Positions 26,297-33,878 of a DNA stretch of 33,878 bases are shown here, in pieces. The notes beneath the pieces were generated by a model. The model worked only from the letters and a program-made list of their open reading frames with translations, was not told the DNA's origin and made no database searches. Position numbers and translations under genes: made by a program. The DNA comes from Oligoflexales bacterium (GTDB lineage: Bacteria; Bdellovibrionota_B; Oligoflexia; Oligoflexales; RGVZ01): the NCBI GenBank assembly GCA_044236265.1, contig JBIIGV010000016.1, positions 1 through 33,878 of the forward strand, in the 5' to 3' direction. Each line of letters starts with the position of its first letter. Position 1 is the first letter of the stretch.

Positions 26297-28486
26297 TTAG
26301 TTCAAGCTTGAGTTAGCGTATACGACATGACGCCCCTGCTTCTCAGCCTTAATCAACTGATCCTCAGACATTTTCTTTAGAAGCCGCTTGGCAGTCGCCA
26401 GTGAAACATCGATCTTTTCCGCAATCTGCTGACTTGAAAGCGCCCCTTCGCGAAGCATCATATGAACCCTTTGCTCAAGCGGCAAGCCATCATCATGATC
26501 CCTTAAGACCCTTATAGCCTCGCCGAAAAATCTCAGCGTATCATGATGAATAAGAATAGGGGCAATTGTTTGAGGAAAGTGGTCCCGAACTCGCATGACT
26601 GCATTCCTGATCTTCTGCTGCCAGCCCTGAGCATTGGTACTTTCCTTCCAAACATCCGTCTGAATTTCAGCGAGAGTCGCTCCAGTGGGACCACGCTCTG
26701 ATAGATACTGCACAAGATCTGCCATGGCAGGGTGTTTTTCAAGGGAGACAACATAATGATCCGTCACAACGAAGGAGCGATTGTCCACCATTTTAATTGT
26801 TGGAGCGAAGTAGCTACGAACGAAGCGGGATACAATTTGTTCCTGCCATCTAAACTGAAAACGCGGACTTTCTCCACGAATCGTCGCCAAACAACACTGT
26901 GCCGCAAAGCGATCAGGCCAGCTGACCGCAGTCATTTTCTCCACGGCATGCAATAACTTGATCGTTCGATCAAAATCGCCAGATTGGTAGGCCAAAGCAG
27001 CATAAACAAATTGAAGCTTGGCCCTTATCGGCGTATCTCCCAAGCGACTGACCGCTGCTTCAAGCGAAGGCAATAATTCCTGAACTTTTCTAAGGTCATG
27101 TTTTTGCAAATGAAGCCTGATCATCGCCAGAAGAATCAATGCATGATACTGCAACGACCCTGCTGCTTTTGCCTTTTCGAGGCAATCCGTCAGCATCGAC
27201 ATACTTTCATCAAAGTAATCCAGAGAGCACTTTTGTAATGCGCATGAATATAGGTACTCAAGCCATGTCGACTGATTGCGCTTTAACGAATCTTCGATTT
27301 TGAATTTTTCGGTTGTCGTCTCACCCAATATGGCGAGCTGAACCTGGTAACGAGTCAACGTCGATATTTCCTCAAGATTTCTGACACCGTGAAGAGACAA
27401 CTGATGAGCGGAGGCTTTTAGCACGTCCATACTTTCAGGGATTTTTCCCTCTTCCCATAAAATCTCTGCCTCGAGCGATTGATATCTGGTCTTAAAGCGT
27501 TCGCTTGCATCTTCGGCAGCGAGTTCAAGAGTTTGACGACCAAACTTAATTCCAAGACTGTAACGACCGAGGGCGAAGTAAGTGAGACTTAGAAACGAAA
27601 CGATATGCAGTCGTCTAAATGTTTTGTCACTCGCAGGAAGAACAGTGAGAGCTCGGCGAAAATGCTCACGAGCGGCCATGAAATTTCCAGTGTTAAATGC
27701 CTCAACGCCGTAAAAAGCCTCACAGTGCGAGAGTGGACCGGCAAGATTATGCTCAACACTCAATTTACGACAACGCTCAACCATTGTGACAGCACCTTCG
27801 TTACTGTCGCATCCACTGTTTTGAATACAAGCACCTGCATTAAATAGAGCGCGTGCTGCACCCTCCCAATCTTGAAGCTCCAAAAGGAGAGGAGATGCTT
27901 CTTCGAATGCAACAGCAGCAGCCGGATAACGGCCCATAAAATAATGAAGTCGACCTAACCGCACCACGAAATCAGCACGCTCGCGCTGAGTCATCGCGGC
28001 ACTGCGAACCATCGGCGCAACCTTATTCAAAACCCTCACTGCATGATCAGTTTTGCCTTCCTCAGCAAAGCTGGAGGCTACAATCAGTTCAAGCTGGATA
28101 CGCTCAAGATCAGCCAAACCAATATGACGTAGTGCGCGTTGCGCAAATTCTCGACTGACAGCCGGCTTTCCCGCCTCAAGCAGAACTTGGGCAGCCGGGA
28201 TACTGACCACAGGTGATGTCAGTTTCTTGGAAAACTCTGCAACAATAGCCCCGGTTTCTGTGTTCCAGCAGGCCATCGCCCCCTGCAGCAATGCCCCCCA
28301 AAGCTGAGGACTATAATGTAGTGATTGAGGGTCTGCCTCTAGGCGTTTAAAGACGTCGGTAACGAGTCTAGGGTTCGGGGCTGAGGATAGTAGATCGCTA
28401 AATTTCGCAAGAAATTCATCCCATTGGACTTTTGTATGGCAGTCCTTGGCAAGTTTGAGTGCTAGTTCAACGCGCTCGGTGGTCAT
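26297..28486 (-). CDS. TPR-array transcriptional regulator with two C-terminal winged-HTH domains
   Basis: TPR-like units (LGRLHYFMGRYPAAAVAFEEA; LSLTYFALGRYSLGIKFGRQTL). OmpR-like effector segment TLAEIQTDVW...KIRNAVMRVR. Terminal wHTH SSQQIAEKIDVSLATAKRLLKKM...GRHVVY. Confidence 0.85.
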   Translation of the reverse strand: MTTERVELALKLAKDCHTKVQWDEFLAKFSDLLSSAPNPRLVTDVFKRLEADPQSLHYSPQLWGALLQGAMACWNTETGAIVAEFSKKLTSPVVSIPAAQVLLEAGKPAVSREFAQRALRHIGLADLERIQLELIVASSFAEEGKTDHAVRVLNKVAPMVRSAAMTQRERADFVVRLGRLHYFMGRYPAAAVAFEEASPLLLELQDWEGAARALFNAGACIQNSGCDSNEGAVTMVERCRKLSVEHNLAGPLSHCEAFYGVEAFNTGNFMAAREHFRRALTVLPASDKTFRRLHIVSFLSLTYFALGRYSLGIKFGRQTLELAAEDASERFKTRYQSLEAEILWEEGKIPESMDVLKASAHQLSLHGVRNLEEISTLTRYQVQLAILGETTTEKFKIEDSLKRNQSTWLEYLYSCALQKCSLDYFDESMSMLTDCLEKAKAAGSLQYHALILLAMIRLHLQKHDLRKVQELLPSLEAAVSRLGDTPIRAKLQFVYAALAYQSGDFDRTIKLLHAVEKMTAVSWPDRFAAQCCLATIRGESPRFQFRWQEQIVSRFVRSYFAPTIKMVDNRSFVVTDHYVVSLEKHPAMADLVQYLSERGPTGATLAEIQTDVWKESTNAQGWQQKIRNAVMRVRDHFPQTIAPILIHHDTLRFFGEAIRVLRDHDDGLPLEQRVHMMLREGALSSQQIAEKIDVSLATAKRLLKKMSEDQLIKAEKQGRHVVYANSSLN

Positions 28487-28609
28487 GGTCCTCTCGTTTC
28501 AAGACTCGGGAATTTCCGACAATTTATATACCTACAACACCGAGATGTGAACGAAAATTCATCAAAAAAAGAAATGATTTTCCTCCATATTTGCCCGCTG
28601 CTTAATTTG

Positions 28610-28646
28610 TTGCGCTTTTCATTTTAAAGGGGCTATAAATGTAGCC
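28610..28646 (+). promoter_or_regulatory. Candidate promoter with a palindromic operator over the -10
   Basis: TTGCGC-N18-TATAAA; dyad GGCTA-TAAATG-TAGCC at 28631-28646. Confidence 0.4.
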
Positions 28647-28716
28647 ATAAATTATCGGAATTCACGTTTATTTAGTGTTTCGCCTAGATCATCAAAAGGA
28701 TAAAGGATCTGTCCGA

Positions 28717-30732
28717 ATGAGATTCATGCGTATGTCATCCAAGGAAGGTCTGCTGCTTTCTATCATTCTAGCAGCGGCGTCGTTTTCATCTTTTGCTCAG
28801 CACGCCCTCGGCAGCTCAAAACAGAGCTTGCTCAGTTCAGTCATGTGGCAAGTCACTGACAATCCCGCAGAGCGCTTTGTCTATCCTCCTGGGGTGCCGG
28901 CGGTTCTGCGTCCTTCTGCGGACTGGCGCACGCTCCGCATTGAACAGTACTACTCGCAGCCAGTTACAAGTGATTCGCTATCAACAGCGCTTCACGGGTC
29001 TTGGCCAGAGACTGCGGAAAACTCTGTAGATCAGAAATCCGACGGCAGCCTCTCAGGTAAATATGCCTACGTGACTGCTCCCAACTGTGACATCCAGAAA
29101 TCAATGGCCGGCTATCGCTGCGTGCTCGATCTACGCATCTCACCGTCAACTCCAAGTGGTACTGTTGGTCTAAGCGTCAGTGTTGCGGTCGCAGGTCAAA
29201 AGTTTGCGCATCAAAACGGTGTGTTCTGGGTCATTTTGCCTGAGATGAAGGCGCAGCATTATCCGAAGCCTCTGTTTGACTCGATTCCTAGTCCGCTGGC
29301 TATTCATGCCTCGAGATTTTACGCAGCAGATAGCGCGTCGGCGAACTTTCCGGCCTTGGGCGCAGTCCATAGAAATCGCGTTATGCGCTCAACAGTTCAA
29401 ATTACATTAGAAGGAAACTTCTCTCTGGGATCTGGCTTTTTTGTTGCGAACTCCGACCTTGTAATGCCGATATTCGGCGCGGAGGCTTCCGCCCAACTGA
29501 AAGCACTTCCAGCAACAACGAAGTTTATTTTGACCGCAGCTCACTTGTTTCCCATCAGCTATGGAACTTCACAACGCGGTCAGATTCACCACATGCTTGA
29601 TGAAGCTGAGTTAGCCTTCGACGATGGTGATACCTACGACCTGTTAGTTGGGGGCAAACTGGTATCGCGAGCAGCGCGACTTCTGGTCACCAACATGGAA
29701 AGTGACTTGGCACTTTTGGCGCTCACTCATGACGGTGAGCAAGAAATTTTAGGCCAGGGTGTCTTAAATGAGTCCGATATGATGGGGCTAACCATCGCTA
29801 GAAAGATGGAATATTCCGTCGCGTTTGACGTGTTCGGATACCCAGTATCAGGAAAGGGCTCCATCGTTCATCGACGTGGTTACTTGCCTCCCGATGGTTG
29901 GCCAACGGATGATACATCCAACTTTGGCCCACTTATCAAATTCAAACTTCAAGCCATTGACACAAGCATTAATCTTGCAGAAGCCGGACTATCCGGTGGA
30001 CCGGTTGTCAATTCAAGCGGCGAGGTTGTTGGGCTAGCAATGGAACGTCCAAACGACACAAACTCTTTGGTTGCTATTGACTTGACCAACTTGCGGGATG
30101 TTTCCACAGAGTGGTTGTCCCTATCTAGCGGATGCTCTCTGACGTTCAATCCATTTGACCGCGTGTTGCGTCTGATTCGCAATCAGCATGATTGCACCTA
30201 CGGACGATTCGGGAGCCCAAAGCGTTTTGCACCTCTTAACGGAGAATGGGCATTCCAAGAAGTCTTTGGCTTTGCAGATGAAACATTGAAGTCCAAAGAT
30301 AAATCACCTCAGGCAAGTGCCTACTGGCTTATGAACGGTCATGCGATCATCAATGGCCATGCGATTATCAATGGTCATGCGATTATCAATGGTCATGCCA
30401 TCATTCGTGGATCAAAACTGGTTGTAGATCGCAATAATATCGAGGCTATCAATAACAATGAAATGGTTGGAGGCTTCAAACTAAATCCTGACAGCTTTCA
30501 GCCAATGGTCAGTAAGGGTGTGCGAATTCTTAAGCCTGGTAACTCGTTCGTTGCCAGTGAGGGCCGAGTTGGGGAACTGATTGTTGCTACGCGTACTAAA
30601 CGTGAAGAGCAATCTTACACACCAGTCTATTCGATACGTGACTTTGTCATCTGGTGGCACAAGGTATCTGCAAATGCGGATGCAGATAAACTACTGTGCG
30701 CAAGTGGCGAAGCCTGCGTTCCAAAGAAGTAA
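28717..30732 (+). CDS. Secreted multidomain trypsin-like (S1) serine protease
   Basis: ATG 28717 after AAAGGA; signal peptide ending SSFA; GSGFFV, LTAAH, DLALL, GLSGGPVVN triad motifs. Confidence 0.88.
   Translation: MRFMRMSSKEGLLLSIILAAASFSSFAQHALGSSKQSLLSSVMWQVTDNPAERFVYPPGVPAVLRPSADWRTLRIEQYYSQPVTSDSLSTALHGSWPETAENSVDQKSDGSLSGKYAYVTAPNCDIQKSMAGYRCVLDLRISPSTPSGTVGLSVSVAVAGQKFAHQNGVFWVILPEMKAQHYPKPLFDSIPSPLAIHASRFYAADSASANFPALGAVHRNRVMRSTVQITLEGNFSLGSGFFVANSDLVMPIFGAEASAQLKALPATTKFILTAAHLFPISYGTSQRGQIHHMLDEAELAFDDGDTYDLLVGGKLVSRAARLLVTNMESDLALLALTHDGEQEILGQGVLNESDMMGLTIARKMEYSVAFDVFGYPVSGKGSIVHRRGYLPPDGWPTDDTSNFGPLIKFKLQAIDTSINLAEAGLSGGPVVNSSGEVVGLAMERPNDTNSLVAIDLTNLRDVSTEWLSLSSGCSLTFNPFDRVLRLIRNQHDCTYGRFGSPKRFAPLNGEWAFQEVFGFADETLKSKDKSPQASAYWLMNGHAIINGHAIINGHAIINGHAIIRGSKLVVDRNNIEAINNNEMVGGFKLNPDSFQPMVSKGVRILKPGNSFVASEGRVGELIVATRTKREEQSYTPVYSIRDFVIWWHKVSANADADKLLCASGEACVPKK
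30334..30405 (+). repeat. 4 x 18-nt coding tandem repeat (NGHAII)4
   Basis: aacggtcatgcgatcatc / aatggccatgcgattatc / aatggtcatgcgattatc / aatggtcatgccatcatt. Confidence 0.95.
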
Positions 30733-30742
30733 CCGAAAATAG

Positions 30743-30778
30743 AAAGCCCCCAAGTCAGCACATGACTTGGGGTTTTTT
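30743..30778. terminator. Intrinsic terminator between convergent genes, possibly bidirectional
   Basis: CCCCAAGTCA-GCACA-TGACTTGGGG followed by T6, with an A-rich left flank. Confidence 0.85.
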
Positions 30779-30784
30779 ACGTCA

Positions 30785-31552
30785 TCAACTGGACTTCGCC
30801 AAAGGCAGAGCGGAAGACTGCGCAGATAACCAGTCCGTTAGTACTTTTGCTGCAATCGCTCCCTCAGGAAACTTCATACCCAGACAGGCGGATGCACAGG
30901 CCCATACCAACTCTTCATCCACATGCTCAGTTCGAGGCATGAAGGCTCCCTCAGTGTCTGGCGATTTTTTGGTCATCACCGTTCCCTGATTCCAAATGAC
31001 ACAGCCATCACCAGCACCCTGTCGCATGGTGATCATGACAAATGAAGGTTCATCATGCTCATTTTTCTCAAAGACAACCTCGAAAGGGCCATCCCCGATG
31101 AAACGGCGGCGAAGTTTCGCAAAAATCCCATCTCGTTCGAAGTCTGCATCCAAGACAACCGACGAGCGGCCAATCCGCAGAGGCTCAATGAACCGACCTA
31201 AGTCGGCTATGGACGCCTCTTGAGCGTGCCTGAAGACTAAAGCCCACCCATGACGACGGCGTTGACATTCGGATGCCTCCACTTTTATGGACGATCCGCA
31301 AAGTCTCAAATTCATAAACAAAGGAGGGTTTACCGACTCCAAACTGGCCTGAGTCATCGGCTCAACTAGGCATCCATGATGGGAGAGGTCAACCACTCGA
31401 AATAGACCGTGTTTTGGGTGCTCCATGACACACAGGTCTCTGTTATTGATCACGTAGCGAGCATGGTAACGCTGATGGGCGTAAACATCTCCGTGTTTTG
31501 AGGCTGCGCTCTGCGACGAGGTTTTAGAGAACAAAAAGTCAAAAATTCCCAT
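30785..31552 (-). CDS. PilZ-domain protein with an uncharacterised C-terminal domain
   Basis: QRYHARY (RxxxR) and DLSHHG (DxSxxG), ...GWALVF. Confidence 0.75.
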   Translation of the reverse strand: MGIFDFLFSKTSSQSAASKHGDVYAHQRYHARYVINNRDLCVMEHPKHGLFRVVDLSHHGCLVEPMTQASLESVNPPLFMNLRLCGSSIKVEASECQRRRHGWALVFRHAQEASIADLGRFIEPLRIGRSSVVLDADFERDGIFAKLRRRFIGDGPFEVVFEKNEHDEPSFVMITMRQGAGDGCVIWNQGTVMTKKSPDTEGAFMPRTEHVDEELVWACASACLGMKFPEGAIAAKVLTDWLSAQSSALPLAKSS

Positions 31553-31683
31553 ACATTAACCTTCAAGTGAGCTCCCGGTCGTTAAGCCGGGAAAATGAGG
31601 GTGAGCGTTACATCTATATTCTAGCAACCCCAGGCAGCCAGCTGAGCCGGCAGGATTTTCATAAATTTAATCTAATGAAACTA

Positions 31684-31713
31684 TTGCTTTTTAGAGCTTT
31701 GGCGTGCTAAAAC
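31684..31713 (+). promoter_or_regulatory. Sigma70 promoter of rimP-nusA
   Basis: TTGCTT-N18-TAAAAC with an extended -10 TGn. Confidence 0.5.
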
Positions 31714-31719
31714 CCCAAC

Positions 31720-31903
31720 TCTCGAACGATCGAGACCGGCGGGGTTCGTGGCATCACATGCCGCAAACTTCTGAACCGTCTGGCCTAAACAGCTGGCATC
31801 TTCTGCGTCTTTTTTAATCGCAAAATCTGCTGCTCCAGACACTTCCACCTCTAGTCACCAGCTTTGGTGTCATGACGGGCCGGATGTGGGGTGCTGTTTT
31901 TTT
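31720..31903 (+). ncRNA. Candidate structured 5' leader/attenuator of rimP-nusA
   Basis: Several nested hairpins found by eye, ending in a T7 tract; no family assigned. Confidence 0.45.
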
Positions 31904-31937
31904 AATTTTACAGAGTGTCATAGGATCGGAATTTTAA

Positions 31938-32426
31938 TTGTTTTTAGAGCGCGCAAAACTTCATGAAATCGCTGATTTGGTCACAGGCTTGCTGACCGTC
32001 GACGGTTTTGTTTGCATTGATGCTGAATGGGAAGCCCAAGCGCGAACGCTCCGACTCTATATTGATCATGAGAAGGGCGTTGACCTTGATACGTGCGCCA
32101 ATGTGTCCCATCGACTGATCGAAAGCCCTGAGTTGGATGAATTGATCCCAACGGAATTTAACTTAGAAATTAGCTCACCTGGCATTGAACGCCCCATCCG
32201 CACGCTTGAACACTTTCGAGCCGCTCAGGCGGAAGGCTGCCAGATTGATGTGAAGCTAACTGAAAAATTTAGTAACCGTCGCAAGGGTGTAGGAACCATT
32301 GTGGAAATCAATGGTGAAACAATATCGATGAAGACTGCTGAGGGAGCATGGACGTTTCCTTGGCATCTGGTTTTAAAGGCAACGAAGGTCGTTGACTGGG
32401 ACAAGATCCAAGATCAACTCACGTAA
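31938..32426 (+). CDS. rimP: Ribosome maturation factor RimP
   Basis: TLRLYID...GVDLDTCANVS, LEISSPGIERP; upstream of nusA. Confidence 0.95.
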   Translation: MFLERAKLHEIADLVTGLLTVDGFVCIDAEWEAQARTLRLYIDHEKGVDLDTCANVSHRLIESPELDELIPTEFNLEISSPGIERPIRTLEHFRAAQAEGCQIDVKLTEKFSNRRKGVGTIVEINGETISMKTAEGAWTFPWHLVLKATKVVDWDKIQDQLT

Positions 32427-32468
32427 AGATTCACAACCGTGACTTTTTGAAAAAGGAAGGATTGGAAG

Positions 32469-33878
32469 ATGAGTACAATGGAACAAAATGAAGTCGAAGG
32501 CGCGCTCAAAGCGGTGATCACTGCGGTAAGCCGTGAGAAGAACGTCGATAAGTCCGTCATTATTGATGCCCTTGAGCAGGCGGTTATTCATGCAGCGCGC
32601 CGAAGCCACGGTCCTACTGCCGACTTGGAAGCTCACTACAATGCTGATACAGATGAAATTGAACTCTTCCAGTTCCGAACTGTTGTCGAAGCCGTTCAGG
32701 ACACTGACGTTGAAATTTCAACAGGCGAGGCTGCAAAACTTGATCCTGAAGCCCAAATTGGTGACTCCATTGGGGTAAAGCTGGACAAAGCAGCATTTGG
32801 ACGTATTGCTGCACAGTCTGCTAAGCAGATCATCGTACAGAAGGTACGCGATGCCGAACGCCTCCAAGTTTATGATGAATTCAAAGATCGCGTCGGGGAA
32901 ATTCTATCGGGAACTGTTCGCCGTTTTGAGCGAAGCGATATCGTCGTAGATTTGGGTAGAACTGAAGCCATCATTCCTTACCGTGAACAAATCCCGACTG
33001 AAAAATACAAAATTAAAGATCGCATCCAAGGCTACGTTCTTGAAGTAAAACGCTCATCAAGAGGCCCTCAAGTGGTCATGAGCCGTGCTCACTCAGGATT
33101 TGTTATCCGCTTGTTTGAGCAAAATGTGACAGAAGTTTACGATGGTATCGTCACAATCGAAAGTGCCGCCCGCGATCCTGGATTCAGGACAAAAATCGCC
33201 GTGCATTCGCGTGACAGTGCCGTTGACCCAGTCGGTGCTTGCGTTGGTATGAAGGGTGCTCGCGTTGAAGCGGTTCGCCAGGAACTTGGTGGAGAAAAAA
33301 TCGACATCGTTCCTTGGGATGCTGACCCGGCGCGTTTTGTTTGTAACGCACTACACCCTGCCGTTGTTACCAAGGTTATTGTCGATGAAGACAACCATAG
33401 CATGGAAGTCATCGTCGCAGACGATCAGCTGTCTCTTGCTATTGGTAAACGTGGACAAAATGTTCGTCTGGCTGCGCAGCTTACGGGTTGGCGCCTGGAC
33501 ATCAAGAGCGAAGCACGACTCTCACAAGAATTGGTTGGCTCTAAAGAGCTTATTGCATCCATTGCAGGTGTCGGCATGATGCGCGCTGAAATCCTCGTGA
33601 ACGAGGGCATCAAAACTGTAAAAGAAGTTTCTGAAATGAGCCCGAGAACCTTTGTTCGTCTATTGAATATGGATGAAACTGAAGCGAGTGCCGTTGTCGA
33701 GGCAGCAAAAGAAATGCTTGCTAAAGGCATCAATGCTGCGGGACCGAAATCCGCAGAATCAACAGGCGATCACGATGAGTTCCTGGCGAATTCAAGTGCA
33801 GAGCCAACACGCCAAGAAGTTGAGCGTACAAGCTCAAGCTATGATAACGCTCGAAATGAGAGAATTAGCCTGTTCCTC
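32469..33878 (+). CDS. nusA: Transcription termination/antitermination factor NusA, 3'-truncated by the window edge
   Basis: Not in the ORF track. Translation from ATG 32469 gives ...FGRIAAQSAKQIIVQKVRDAER, ARDPGFRTKIAV, DPVGACVGMKGARV, SLAIGKRGQNVRLAAQLTGWRLDI. Confidence 0.97.
   Translation, partial: MSTMEQNEVEGALKAVITAVSREKNVDKSVIIDALEQAVIHAARRSHGPTADLEAHYNADTDEIELFQFRTVVEAVQDTDVEISTGEAAKLDPEAQIGDSIGVKLDKAAFGRIAAQSAKQIIVQKVRDAERLQVYDEFKDRVGEILSGTVRRFERSDIVVDLGRTEAIIPYREQIPTEKYKIKDRIQGYVLEVKRSSRGPQVVMSRAHSGFVIRLFEQNVTEVYDGIVTIESAARDPGFRTKIAVHSRDSAVDPVGACVGMKGARVEAVRQELGGEKIDIVPWDADPARFVCNALHPAVVTKVIVDEDNHSMEVIVADDQLSLAIGKRGQNVRLAAQLTGWRLDIKSEARLSQELVGSKELIASIAGVGMMRAEILVNEGIKTVKEVSEMSPRTFVRLLNMDETEASAVVEAAKEMLAKGINAAGPKSAESTGDHDEFLANSSAEPTRQEVERTSSSYDNARNERISLFL

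Noticed and set aside
28574..28627. 17-aa hydrophobic ORF MIFLHICPLLNLLRFSF as a signalling peptide for the TPR regulator
   Set aside because: It has no Shine-Dalgarno, overlaps the candidate promoter, and such ORFs are expected by chance in T-rich DNA.
30334..30405. CRISPR-like or phase-variable repeat
   Set aside because: There are no spacers or cas genes, and the unit is in frame (18 nt) with synonymous divergence.
31755..31800. CGCAAA...GGCCTAAAC resembles part of a GEMM (c-di-GMP-I/cGAMP) riboswitch
   Set aside because: The spacing between the two motifs is far too long, and there is no GGYAAA-flanked GNRA hairpin.

Overview
Mostly core-chromosome window. From gene content it probably comes from a Bdellovibrionota/Oligoflexia-type deltaproteobacterium, but this is inference and no search was run. 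The left ~8 kb holds accessory envelope genes: a split LVIVD lipoprotein pair (the second gene runs off the left edge), a four-gene lipoprotein/TPR-lipoprotein/outer-membrane barrel operon, and a DUF4331 lipoprotein. Then come tRNA-Pro(CGG), tRNA-Ala(GGC), a VKOR-DsbA fusion, a tandem STAS-like protein, a histone-H1-like Ala/Lys/Pro-tailed protein, gmhB, and a minus-strand REC-PilZ/cheV/CPBP protease/BFD operon. These are followed by a secreted papain-like protein, rlmD, kynA-dapC-dapD-ferredoxin, an HD-GYP phosphodiesterase, a coupled beta-barrel plus 923-aa secreted protein, and tRNA-His. The right end has a TPR/double-wHTH regulator divergent from a secreted trypsin-like protease, a PilZ protein, and rimP-nusA (nusA runs off the right edge). 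Best leads: (1) the HD-GYP has RxxQ, the signature linked to 3',3'-cGAMP specificity; (2) consensus-spaced sigma28/FliA promoters lie in front of non-flagellar secreted proteins; (3) two uncharacterised barrel-plus-partner envelope operons; (4) the regulator/protease pair with a candidate operator; (5) a long structured rimP-nusA leader. I saw no CRISPR array, integrase or transposase.
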